This document shows, piece after piece, positions 41,901 to 54,080 of a stretch of 64,000 bases of DNA. Origin of the DNA: Nymphaea colorata (taxonomy: Eukaryota); contig NC_045138.2 in assembly GCF_008831285.2 (NCBI RefSeq), forward strand, positions 33,790,001 through 33,854,000, in the 5' to 3' direction. The translations under genes were made by a program, and so were the position numbers. The notes beneath the pieces were generated by a model. It made no database searches and had not been told where the DNA came from. It saw only the letters and a program-made list of their open reading frames with translations. Within the stretch, counting starts at the first letter, position 1. Each line of letters starts with the position of its first letter.

Positions 41901-44507
41901 CAACAACCGTGTTGTTTGTGCAAATTGCGAGGAAGATCAAGCCCGGATGATATCATTGTACTTTGTCTGCGTTGGATCCAAATACGCAGGTCCCACAGGC
42001 TTCAAAGATCCAGTCTGTTCCACCAAAAGGGGTTTGAGGGTCCGAGCTTCACTCATCTAAACTTGGTAGTTAGGTCGATCGAGCTTAAACGAGTCGAGTT
42101 TGAGTAAAAAGTTAAGTTAAATCGGTTCTTTTAGTGAATATAAAATCACATAAACCATGTGATTAAGTGTAGGCATGCATAATCACCTTGGCTTACTACT
42201 GAATATGGGAAGTTGGTACCACTGCTTCTTGGTTCAAATCAAATGCACATCGTAAATGGTATCTCCTGGACAATTACTATCGGTTATTTCTATGGACCGA
42301 ATTTACAAGACAACTCTACGCACATTCACAAGGAACAGCCAGCAGACTCCACGCGTTGAATGGGCTCCACCGGGTTCGTTTCTTGTAGCAGGTCGGCAGC
42401 AGACTCGTGTTTGGAGAATCTGAGCAGCTCGAGGGGACTTCTCGATTATGCTAATTGCTAGGCCTTCAGAAGCGGCGGGCCTGTGTGTGTGTGTGTGAGA
42501 GAGCGCGCTACAGCCTACTTATGAAAAAGAGTTCCTGCAGAGATAGTCAGAATTATCTTTCCTCTCCCAAACTAATGTTCAATTAAACTTAGTTAATATA
42601 TCAGTTGCCGTTTGAAAATTTAAACAGATAGTTAACTTTCGATTCGATGGAAAGTTTCTGAATCGGTTCAGATGCAGATTGAGTCTGTGACCTTCTTCAA
42701 CTTGAAAGCCCGACCTACCAAGGTGCATCATGTTCGCTACAAGCTGCATTTCTCCGAGGTGCCGATCTTTAGGCCACATGATATCGGCCGTGGACTGCTG
42801 TCGATTTCGCAAGTGACTCGGCCTCTCTGCAACTGTATTCCTCTTCATTGCACTTAGTTACATATATATGGGCGATCAGTAATTCGAATCCAACCTCCAT
42901 CTCTAGGCCTCTGACCTCTCTCTCTCTCTCTCTCTTTCTTTCTTCTTTTGGGAATGGGTGAGGTGAAGCCAGCAGCAGTCTAGAGGTGCCACTTCGACCA
43001 TGCATGGCCCTATTTCTGTACGCTCGTCGCTACAATGAAGCGGCACATCAGAAATAGTCTTCCTTGAAGTTGGCCTTCCGGCAGGGGACATTCCACTGAC
43101 TATCATGCCTTCAGCCTCCTCTAGATTGACGGCCTAAAGCAGCCAAGCCAAGATATTGGTCAGCTATACATATATATATACACACACAGACAGATGCAAT
43201 CTTTAGATCGATAACTAATGAATGAGATGCATATCACATGTCTTTGGCCCTTCCCTTTCAAAACTGGTTTAAAGTGAAACGTGAACAATCTGATCGTATC
43301 TTGTCATAATTTTTTAACAGGTTTCCAACACGCATTTATAGGACTTGTCATGAGAAGGAAAACCAGTAGGACTTGGGTGCTTGACATATTTATCTGCCAC
43401 ATTCTACCACGATGATTCGGAGAGTGAAATCCAAGTACGTAAAATCTCTCATGTACAAGGCAAATATTCTTTCCGTTGCTTTGGCCTTACTAAAACAGAC
43501 ATGCACCTCGAGTGTTGAACTCCGAACGTAATGTCCTGTAAATTGAAGGCGGAAGAGAACGTACTCGAACTGCTGGTTGTAAACTCCTGAATATGTAAAC
43601 CGTTTTTTAACACCTACAAACTGATTTTCACGTTATTGAATGGATTTATTTAAAGTATTAGCATATATTATTAAGAGCTTGCAACATTCCTGATACATAA
43701 TATAACATGCAAGAGAATCCATACAAGCGTAAGCGTCTGGTAGGAGAAGATCTGGTAATGGATAGATCCAAACCAGGATCCAATTTGTTCACTTCCCCAC
43801 ACGGGCCCGTAATTCTATACTGACCTGCTCAATTGGATTGCTGGACGGCCCTTTTGGGCCTGCCATTTACTTTTTTTTCTCTGAGGCCCAAGTCAGACGG
43901 TGTGAGGGTAGATTCTGCCTACATGCTATTTGTTCCCGGCAAAAGGCTTCTCACGAAGCCCAACGGCTGCGGCTGAGAATGAGTCAGTCACTGTTGACCC
44001 AACAGTGTATCTGAACCTTGAATAGTGGATCTGGTTTAGGAAATGTAAACGGTTTGGATTCTGAAAAAAAAAATATTAATAATATACATGTAACAGAAAA
44101 AAGAAAAGCCTGAAAACATGTGATCGTCTCCATATATTCAGTTGGCAACCAATCCATCACAAATGCTCAGTCCAATTTGAAGCTGAACCGAATCTAGACT
44201 GGGTGGATATTCTAAAGCTGATCCAAGATCCGAAATCTTTGGCTGGGGCGACCGATGCCGATGGTCATGTCGTTTAGTTGCAAACGAAATGATGTATGAT
44301 CATACTGTAGGGTGTTCCATGCGATACCTAAAACTCCACTTGTTAAAAACACCTTATTTTCGTAAATAGATGACAGGTTGTTCATCAAAGCTTGGACTCA
44401 TAAATCATGCAACTGTAACATAAATAAAGAAATCTCAAGATCGTAAAGGACCAGCAGCTCATAATCATTATATTATATATATGTGTGTGCGCGTGTGTAT
44501 TTCTACC

Positions 44508-44570
44508 CATAATCTGCAAGTTTTTAGCTTAGACATAATCTGCAAGTTTTTAGCTTAGACATAATCTGCA
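44508..44570. repeat. 26 bp tandem repeat, 2.4 copies
   Basis: cataatctgcaagtttttagcttaga twice, plus a partial copy. Confidence 0.92.
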
Positions 44571-44571
44571 G

Positions 44572-44888
44572 GTGAGAAATGTCCTAGGAATTCAGATAAT
44601 AGAGGCTCTGTCAAAAAATTAGATGATGATGAGGTGTTTGGCTACCCATAAACTAAAATATTCATGCACTAACGGCAGTGTCTGGATCCAAGTCGGTTAT
44701 ATATCTGTAGATATGTATATGTATATATTTGGAATCCTGTTTTCAACTATAGCAAGTGAGAAATGTCCTAGGAATTTAGATGGTAGAGGCTCTTTCAAAA
44801 TATTGGAAGATTGTGAGGTGCTGTTGGCTACCCATGAACCAAATATTCATGCATCGACCGCAATGTCTGGTAAAGAGTTGATCCAAGT
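44572..44888. repeat. Diverged ~120-130 bp direct repeat (period ~185 bp)
   Basis: gtgagaaatgtcctaggaatt...ttggctacccat..aatattcatgca..tgtctgg..gatccaagt at 44572 and 44756. Confidence 0.85.
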
Positions 44889-47550
44889 GGCAATCCTACT
44901 CCCTCAACTTCGATTCATCCTCTTTGTGGCCAGTTGGGGCACCGACATGCACGACCCAGTTCAAACCCACTTTGGCCTTACTGTAAAAGAAATCAAGTCT
45001 TCGCTGGCGCAAATGTATATATATAAAAAAAAACAAGTGTTAGTAAATGTTGAATGATAAAAAAGATGGTCCGATAAGAATTTGAGTTAGACGATTCAAT
45101 TAGTATATGGATTGGCTAAGAAGTCGATCATACAACTAATCCAGATCAGCTGCCCTCCATATGAGCTGATCATGGTTTGGGTTGTGGCAGCTCCTTGGAT
45201 ACAGATAACTTGAGTTGGTAGTCTTCATTCAATCATATAGTTCAATAGAGATCGATCGAAACCTTAGAATCCATATCCAAGAAAAGGACTGACCGAATAC
45301 AACCTGAGCAGCCTCCTGACCCTGAGAGCAGCTGAAAAGTGGGAGCTTCTAAGTCATTGCTTGAGAATTATAAATAAAAATTGTCAGCATTATGACTCCG
45401 CCACACCTTACCAAGATTTTTAGCGTGAAGCACGAGTCGCTTCCGTAGACTATTTTAGTTTTATTTGGGATGTCATGAGAACTTTGTGACTGTTTCATTC
45501 TTACTTTTTGCATGGTTAGCATTTTTTCCTGCATCCGGTCTGTCCCTCTTTCTTGGAGCATCAAAGTCGAGAATGTAAAGCTTGCGAATGTCAGCAGCCT
45601 TTTTTGAGGGAGGTATCAACTTGGGAACTCTATAAATTGGTTCCCACATGCAGATATAAGTCCAATTAGAAAAAACATGATACACATTTTTTTTTTAAGA
45701 GGGCAACATTTGGTTAATTTCGTAGTCGATCGATTTATTGAATTGCAAGTTACTCTATTTTACATATCATGTATACAGGATGTATATGGGATTCTATTGC
45801 AAAGAAATATTGAAGAAGCAAATTATATATCATGTGACATCGCCGAGACGTTAACCATACAAAAATGGCACAAAAAGCTTTACTGATTTGATGGCACACA
45901 CAACTTACGAGTGTCGCCGGATTGAGAGTTGCTAAAACATCAAATTAGGTTGGGTGTGCTCTCATCTCAAGTCGTTTACCTACTGCCGGAAAATGGGAAA
46001 AGGGTCGAAGAAATTGTCCTCCTTTCTTGTGTAAGAAACCACACCAAGCCTCAATGTTTAGATATAACTTTCGGGATCTTACAAAATTTTCCGTTTTTAC
46101 CACACTGTGGCCACGCAGCGTAACCTAGAGAGCAAATTCAGATTCTTGTAAGCTTCTGTTCAGTTAAATTTATACAACCCAGTAAGAAGGCCGGCAGTAA
46201 ATTTCTTTCTTCCACAAATTTTACCAATAGAAAAGTTTCTTGAGACAAGCAACCATGAGTTAGATGTAGACTGCAAGTCTGCAATCAGATTTACACTTTA
46301 CAGTTCGGCCTCAGTAAAAGTTAAGAAAAAGGTGAATAGACTTGTTTTCAACAAATATCTTTCACGGGGTGGTGAGTTTTAAAAGTGCTAGGTTTGTCTC
46401 AACTTTTTTTCTTTTTTGGGCAAAGCTCAAAATCTCAAAAAGGACCTTCTAATTTTAAAAAAATATTTAAAATAGAAAATAAATAAGTAAATAACTGGAA
46501 AATATAAAAAAAAATAGCTTGATAAAATTATGTTTTTGTAATGATGTAAATGAAGCTAGTAAAAAAAAAAAAGCACAGGTTTTTTCGTTTTCATTATTTT
46601 TAAAAGTTTTGTTGGGTTTTCTGTATTGTAATTTCAACGTCCAAACAAGCGCTCTCCTGATTTGGTCAAGTGTGACTCTGGTGATGTATATGAGCAAACT
46701 TTAATAAATGGTGGAATCAATAATAGCATGGGAAGCAGAGTCTGACGTTGACTTGAAAACTAATTGTCATAATTTCTTGAAAATGACACGACTTCTAAAG
46801 TCTTATCTAGACATTTCAAAGTCACTATTTCTTTACAGATCCATAATACCTTCGGACGTTAAAAATATATCTATAAGATAGTATATCAAGTGAATGAGTG
46901 AAAATTAGTAAAATGTTCACGGATGAACCGTTTGGACCAATATCAAAATAGAACTCATTCAATATATATATATATATCTGTTTCTTCAAATATTTATTTA
47001 CATATCATTTTTATACTTCAAGTTGAATGAGGGAAATGTATATCATATCTGAAACTGAAATTCAAATTCATAATCTGAATCTGATTTTTATATCAAGATC
47101 CAAAACCAAATCTGACTTTTAAACCGAATTCGAGCCATATTATAAACATCCGGTATAAAATAGTTATCTAAAACTATATTTGATCTGAATCCTAATAAGG
47201 CCAATATTTACTGAATTTGAATATGATCAGATGTCATTTCTTATACCTGTTCAGAATCCTTAATCAATATCCAATTTGTGTTTAGATAGCTGAAATTTCG
47301 CCAACAACCGTCAAAAAAAGGGTCGTCTAAAAGGCCGTTGTGACAGATCATGATTTAACATTTGGGAAATTTTTTCATTGTATTTGACATTTGCTTATCA
47401 TTGAATAAAGTAAACCAATTACCCTTTGAAATAGAAAGTCTTCTAAACAACGCCTTGGAGTAGGTCAATGCTTAGCTTGAAAAACAAAAGAACAAATTAG
47501 CTAAAATGGTAAAAAGTACAGTTTAGTAATATTGAGATAAATAAATAAAC

Positions 47551-47765
47551 GAGTCCAGTTTGTTCGGTTCGACTGATCGACGCACCATTGCCTGGTGGGA
47601 CTTGGGTTCGAATCACGTCGTAGCCACGGACGACCAGTGGCAGGAAAGCGACGATAAACTAGCACTCTGTCCATTCTCGTCACTAGGGAAAGGCAAGAGA
47701 CTCATTTGCGTAGTGCCCATTCTTCACCTTCCAATTGCACAAAAGGAATCAAAACAAAAGTAAAG
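47551..47765 (+). mobile_element. tRNA-derived SINE candidate
   Basis: Box A-like TCGGTTCGACTGA (47564) and box B GGTTCGAATCA (47605) are ~41 nt apart. A ~200 bp body ends in an A-rich tail. No cloverleaf; TSD unclear. Confidence 0.5.
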
Positions 47766-48377
47766 AGCGTTGTGGGTTCCGCACTTCCAGAAGACGACGA
47801 AGTGAGCGGATGCTTATCTACACCCACCTAATCCAAGAAACTACGAAAAGGCCCCTTCCCGATATACTGCACACAGGAATCCTCAACCCTCCAAGGGCAA
47901 TTGCGACAACTGCAGAATCTTCTGCTTGGTTACTAAAATACCCTTCCTCGCTTCAATTTCATATTTGGAACTTGTTGTTTGTTTAGATTAGTAATGTTAT
48001 TTATTATATTCATAGCCTCATCTCAGGGTTTTGGATTCAATTCGATATAAACATATTCGGTGGTGGCGTTTGTCTTACTAAAACGGATCCGGTTTCTCTT
48101 ACTTATTAAAACCACGTCCTTGACATTCATAGTAATGTTGAGGACATTTTCGTAATTAGAAGTCCTTACGCTACCCGCGCGGCCGCGATTCAACAGGCGC
48201 CAACTGTAACCAGGACCATCCTGAGGGGTAAACTAGTCATTTTCTTCAAAGTGGATGGCGCTATATAAGCGGACGGCAAATCCGCCTCTCCGGCGTGAAC
48301 CTTCCCAACTATCGATGCCGTCCGGCGACAGAAAACTCCGCATGACTTGCTGACCGGAGAATTTTTGGCGAGCGTCG

Positions 48378-48821
48378 ATGAAGCTCTTGTACTACGTGTC
48401 CTTTTGGCGGAAATCCGTCCGGCTGCTGGGTCCGGCCGGCGAGGACATCCATTTTCAGACGCCTGTCTTGGCCGGAGAAATCTCCGCGCGGTACCCGGAT
48501 CACCGCCTCTTTGATAGCTGCGGCGCACCTGTTCCTTCCCATTCGCACCTAAAGAGAGGAAGCACCTATATTTTGACCCCAGCCCCAAACAGCAGGCAGG
48601 GAGACCGGCGAAGTAGCCGGAGTTCTTCTGCATCGCCGTCGGAGCTTCGCCGGACAAAATCAGCAAGGCCGTGGCATCCGTCTCTCGAAATGATCTCGGA
48701 GGATGGCGCGGCAGTCATCCCGAGGAAGAAGAAGGTGCAGGCCATGCGGAAACCGGCGAATCACGGGGCTTCGCGACCGAACAACCGAGACGTAGTCCCA
48801 GGGGACGGACTGTACAAGTAA
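48378..48821 (+). CDS. DUF4228 / PADRE-like protein (intronless, 147 aa)
   Basis: TATATAA at 48263. VRLLGPAG..TPVLAGEISARYPDHRLFDS..SHLKRGSTYILTP fits the DUF4228 pattern PVxAxE..PxH..LxxGxxYxLxP. The C-terminal WHPSLEMISE resembles the family's WxPxLxxIxE motif. Confidence 0.75.
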   Translation: MKLLYYVSFWRKSVRLLGPAGEDIHFQTPVLAGEISARYPDHRLFDSCGAPVPSHSHLKRGSTYILTPAPNSRQGDRRSSRSSSASPSELRRTKSARPWHPSLEMISEDGAAVIPRKKKVQAMRKPANHGASRPNNRDVVPGDGLYK

Positions 48822-51800
48822 GAAACTGATCCACTTGCTATCGTTCCTTTCCTGCTTTATTTTTGTGCTTTTTGATGAAGTACAGTATATTTTCGGTTTG
48901 TTTGTTATTTCATGTTTTTCCAATTGTTTGAAAGCTAATTACCGGCAATTTCTAGTAACTTCTCGGGAACGAAAAGATTTTCCGTTGAATTTCTTTAGTG
49001 AAAGGGCGGTTTTCCTTCAATTGCTCACTTATATTGCCTGTCCAATAGATCTGCAACATGCTCCATGAAAGTCAAACTGGCATTCACTTGGATGTCTAGA
49101 TCAAATTTCCGACTCGAAGGCTGGGTAACTACAGATTTTTACTGAAATTAGGATTCTCGGCGTCGTTTAAGCTTCAATTTCTTTTTCTGATTCAGATTTC
49201 CAGGGTGATATTTTTTCGAGCTTTCCGAAACTAACTCATTCAGAAAATATCGATGGAATTCGAGCCGAAATTTCGAATAAAATGATTTTTCATTGCTGCG
49301 AGTGTCCATCCAATTTCCTAAGCCGGAGATTGCGGCCATCTGCTCCCTGCAGTTGTAGCTATCGAACGCGAATCTCCTGACTGTGTTTTATTCTTGACAT
49401 GACTGTCCGATCCAACATCAATTTGTTCTTCTGGTATCTTGAGTTTCCGGATTCGGCACTTTTCGTTAGTGCGGTTCCTCTCTCTCTCTCTCTCTCGATT
49501 TCTCTCTTGATCAGCAGTACCGTTGATCACCATTCACCAGAACGGAAGGCCGGAAAGTCCGAGCACTTTAAAATGGAAATTTCTTTTGTCGCGGAAATTG
49601 AACGTGTACTTGTGATTTTTGTGATGGCCTAATACTAGCTGTAATCGGGAAATTAACTTTGTTACTATGGGACTCTTACGATTAATTTTGTAAACAGGCG
49701 TCAAAAGGTTCATAATGGTGTTACTTTGACCTGCTTTCCAACAAAGCCAAAATATAGTAGCTCAAATTTTGCCAAGAAACTGTTGACTTTCCAAAATTGC
49801 TTTTATTCATATTTAAGCATCAGTCACAAGCAATAATACATACATTTTCATATTCAAATTAAGTCAGAATTATGCTGAAATAAGTTTTAAGTATTTGGAT
49901 TTCCGTAGGATATAAATTCTCTGAAAACTGTCAATTCAATATGCAAATACTGTTCGAGTAGTGCAATTTCTTTTCTTTATACAAAGCATTTCCCAAGGTT
50001 TAGGTGATTTCCGAAAATGAAAAGCCTTCCGTGTATGGCCGGAAAAGGGAATCGCGGAACTTCCGACCGGCCATGTAACTGAGTTTCAACGAACAAGCTG
50101 GACTTTAGCTCGCTCACGCTAAATCCAAGCTCTGCCGCATGGTTGGAATACCTGGAAGACTGCAAAGAACCCCACATTCACATATTTCACTGCATCCAAA
50201 GTTTCATGTGCTGGATATTTTGGTCACACCAATATCGCCTTGACTTTCTTGTCCTTTGTCTTTCCCATCTTAAAGACGCCATTGTGGTGTGTCAGGAGTC
50301 TTAACATGGGGGCCCTCTTTCTCTACCCATGACGTCCTCGCCTCCCTTCTTTTGCCCATTTGAGTACGGTCGTTCTGGTTTCTTTAAAATCTACCGATTC
50401 AGGAGGCAAAATAAATCTTTGTGGGCACATACCGCTTTGTATCCTGTTGCGCTTTTAAAAACTTTAGTTGGTGGTTGGCACTAAAAGGAAGGAACTTTAC
50501 TTTTTTCAGAAGCCAACAAAACTAAGACCCCACGCAAGTGGGTGACCAACTCCAAGTGATTGGGTTCCTGAATGAAACCGAATAGAAGAAGGGAAAATAT
50601 CCCACTTGATCAGATCATATCTAGTTGTTTATGCGTGTACACCGACATAGAGGGATTTTGTCTTGGTCATGTTCGCAACATCGCCGGTTCCGATACCTAA
50701 CTTACGTCAAAAGTTGCATCTCGACTTTGGTAAAAATTAAATGTATATGCAGCGTTTGATAAGTATATGCTCTATCCACTGATATTTTAAAAATCCTTAG
50801 ATTATTATACAAGGAAGAGTGGAGAAGCCAATTTTGTCGACCCAGACCGCTCCTTTAGACAACTAGGATCCAGTATTTGCAAGTTGATAGTAAATTGTGC
50901 CCTATATCTGCCACTTACATGGTTGATTTGATGAAAATTCTAAATTTTGAGGACCACTTGTGTATAGGATCTGTAGGGAGTCATTGTTTCGGTCAAGAAG
51001 ATGTAATGTTTTGTTTGTAACGTATTTCTTTCATTGAAATTACCACGATTTAAATATTTGATTTTATCAAGTCAACCATAAATGACTATGATTACCATTT
51101 TTAATTTTATGATATTTTAGAAGTGGATGTGCTTAAACTTTTTTCTAGATCCCAACTCCCTTCTGCATCCTTGTACTCTGTTGGCATAAACATGCCGCAG
51201 ACTTTTGTTTAGTATAGGGTTGTACAACAAGCCAAATGAGCCAAAGGCTGAGTTAGCCAAACCGAACGAAGCTGAAGCTCATGAAGTACACGGAGCTAAA
51301 CAGGCTGAGCTCTCCGATCAGCGTATTTCGACGACATAGGTTACCTCCTGCAACCCCACCCAAAAAAATAAACCACTGAATTCAAAGCTCTGTTCAGAAA
51401 AGCTCAAGAAACCCTGATGTTCTCAAAGCTAGTAAATGCAACCTTTAGACCTATTGACTCTGCAAAAAATGGATATTTCAATCAAGTCTATACCGGTTTC
51501 TGTATTTGACTTGGCAAGCTCATTTTTCATGTTTGAGCGAGCTCTTCGGGATACAGAGTACAGCCGCATTGGCTTGTCTCCAAACCCTAACCTGGTGCAG
51601 CTCTTCGGCAGAATGACTGTATTTTTCTCATTAGGCATTCCGAACTCCGAGTAGAATGAGGATTACTTCTTTCTACTGTATCTGATATGTGCAGTATTTG
51701 GTGAATGACAGGTATTCTGCTGCTTCTGCTGCACTGAGCATGCCATCTTTTGCCCCATCGCCGTTCCTTTTCTAACCACACCGTTGCCTCTCCCGTTTCC

Positions 51801-52145
51801 TCACTCTGCTTCAGCATCATCAAGGACTTATTTCAGCAAATTGATCATCGAAGCCAGAATTTTTAAATCAACTTTTGTTTCACTTTTGCATGAACAAATG
51901 TCACACCTGTAAATAGTGTTTCTTTTAACATGGTTATTGGGTTCTGCGATATGCTGTTGATGGAAATCTTGATTTCTCAAGGAGGGAAGGGAATGAACTT
52001 ACCAAGGAGTGGATTGTCACAAAAATCCCACTACTTTTAGAATCTGAACGGATTTCTTGTTTTGGAAATTTGTTAGATGAAACCCCTGATATAGCTTAAT
52101 AATGGACAGGTGTTATATGCCTTGCCATCGTAGTAGTAATGAAGC

Positions 52146-52266
52146 TAATCCTACAAATGCAGAACTCATGATGCCGAACTTAACAATTTGTTGTCAAAAT
52201 TAAATAATCCTACAAATGCAGAACTCATGATGCCGAACTTAACAATTTGTTGTCAAAATTAAATAA
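52146..52266. repeat. Near-perfect two-copy ~59-60 bp tandem duplication
   Basis: taatcctacaaatgcagaactcatgatgccgaacttaacaatttgttgtcaaaattaaa occurs twice. It abuts a TAAGGGTGGGCA MITE-like terminus at ~52264. Confidence 0.93.
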
Positions 52267-54080
52267 GGGTGGGCAACGGATCCAGTAGTTAACGGTAGTT
52301 GGGTACCGGCTCGTGATGGGCTGGGTACTGACCCGACTCTATATATATATATATATATATATAAACTTTTGATGCAACTTCCATGACTCCCTTAGATACT
52401 TACTCTTAAAAACTCTTCATATGTCGCCGATGACACTTTTTAAAAATTCTCAGCATCTTTAAGGGTTTCTGATGACGGTCGAGTCTCGATCAACATTGTT
52501 GAGCTTTGACTGGATGCATAGCCTTATAATTGAAGCACTACATGATCACCGCCGACGTAATCAACCACATTGGGATTCTGCAAATGCAACACATTTTGTC
52601 GACTATCTCGTTAAACACCTAAAAGAAATAAGATTAAACAATGGCATAAAGTCGAAAATGTTTCATCCGAAAAGCAGGAGACAAATGACTAGCACCTTTT
52701 GCTCTGTTAGATATTAACGAATTAAATAGCTCGTAAATTTCTCAAAATTGACATGCATGCTGCAAATTTGGCAATCTATTAGGTTTGTTCCAAGTGTCCT
52801 CCAGATTCTCAACCATTCAAATCTGTAAGGTTCATATTTCATTCAGACAAACCAAACAATTGTTTGCTCATAAATGTACAAACGGTTAGCCACTGAGATT
52901 GCAGCGTCTTTGTTCCTTTGAGAAAGGTTGAACGAGTAATGGAGTCCGACAGATAGAACGTGCCAAATTTTCACTTTTATGACGATAAGAATGAACGGAT
53001 GGATAATCAGGTCAAATTTCCCTTTCTACGATTACTGCTTTTAACGGAGGACACCACACCGCGATAGCTAGAAAACGTAGGTAAAAAAGGCTATCCAACC
53101 AAACATGACGCGACAAGTAGAAAAGAACCGCCAAATAGAAATATATGTTCCCTCGTCCATCTTTTAAGCCGGCGCCTCTCACTCGTCTACCAAACAGGGC
53201 AAATTCTCTCCATAAAGCACCACCAGCATGCGCATCCGTTCCAACCAAGAACCATGGCAACAACACTGACTCGGTCAAGCTTTCTTATTTTCATTTTTTA
53301 TGGGAGAACCTGGAACAAGGACGCCTGATTATCAATCTGGCTTTAAAGTTACTGATTGGGAACATCGTGTGCTGGCTACCGCCTTGAACAACTCGTTAAA
53401 AAGCAGATTCACGTTCTTTTAACAAAGGGCCAAATTAATCTAAACTCCACCGCCAATTGCGAATGCAACACCAGATCAGGGGTCTTCTCGGGAAACCACA
53501 AAACGTTGCTCTTGCATCAGGGTTGGGAATAACTTTCGAAGACGCTTAGAAAATTGAAGAGGCGAAACAGGAACCCACAATGTATGTCAAGATGGAGACG
53601 AGATGCACACACTTATCAGAAGCAACTCGCAGATCATAAATGAAAGGCTTCATCACGGAAACCCACTGCTACCGTAAGTGCAGACTCTCAAGCCAAACAA
53701 CATACTGCTGCGTTCAGAAGTGAGGAAGTCAGGTTAAGATCCATAATTGCCACCAATCATACGGTCATCAAAGCCACGGGAAGATCATCTCAAACCCCAA
53801 AATTCAACCGTGTAACCTTTGAAAATTATATTCAATCTTGAGGGACTAAAACTATAATCCAGAAATGCAGCCAGGACTCACTTATCTCAAGAAATATGTC
53901 CCAGCATTTGAAAAGGTAACTAAAGCAAGAAGAGGTAAAATGGCTGCCCTGTCACCTTGAACTATCTTGGTTCTTCCTAACCAAGAACAGCACGACAGTC
54001 AGCTCGGGTCAAGGACAGGCTCCCGCTAATATGGCAGGGCCTGAGATGGAATTTTGAGTTGGCTCTCTTTGACGATTTCC

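Noticed and set aside
44623..45057. 144-aa plus-strand ORF
   Set aside because: Runs through a local direct repeat and has no domain-like features.
47560..47630. tRNA gene
   Set aside because: B-box present but no acceptor or anticodon stems; treated as a SINE head.
51400..51830. Overlapping 70-80 aa ORFs; LCIPKSSL resembles a gypsy integrase fragment
   Set aside because: A single short motif among stops; insufficient to call a gene or TE.
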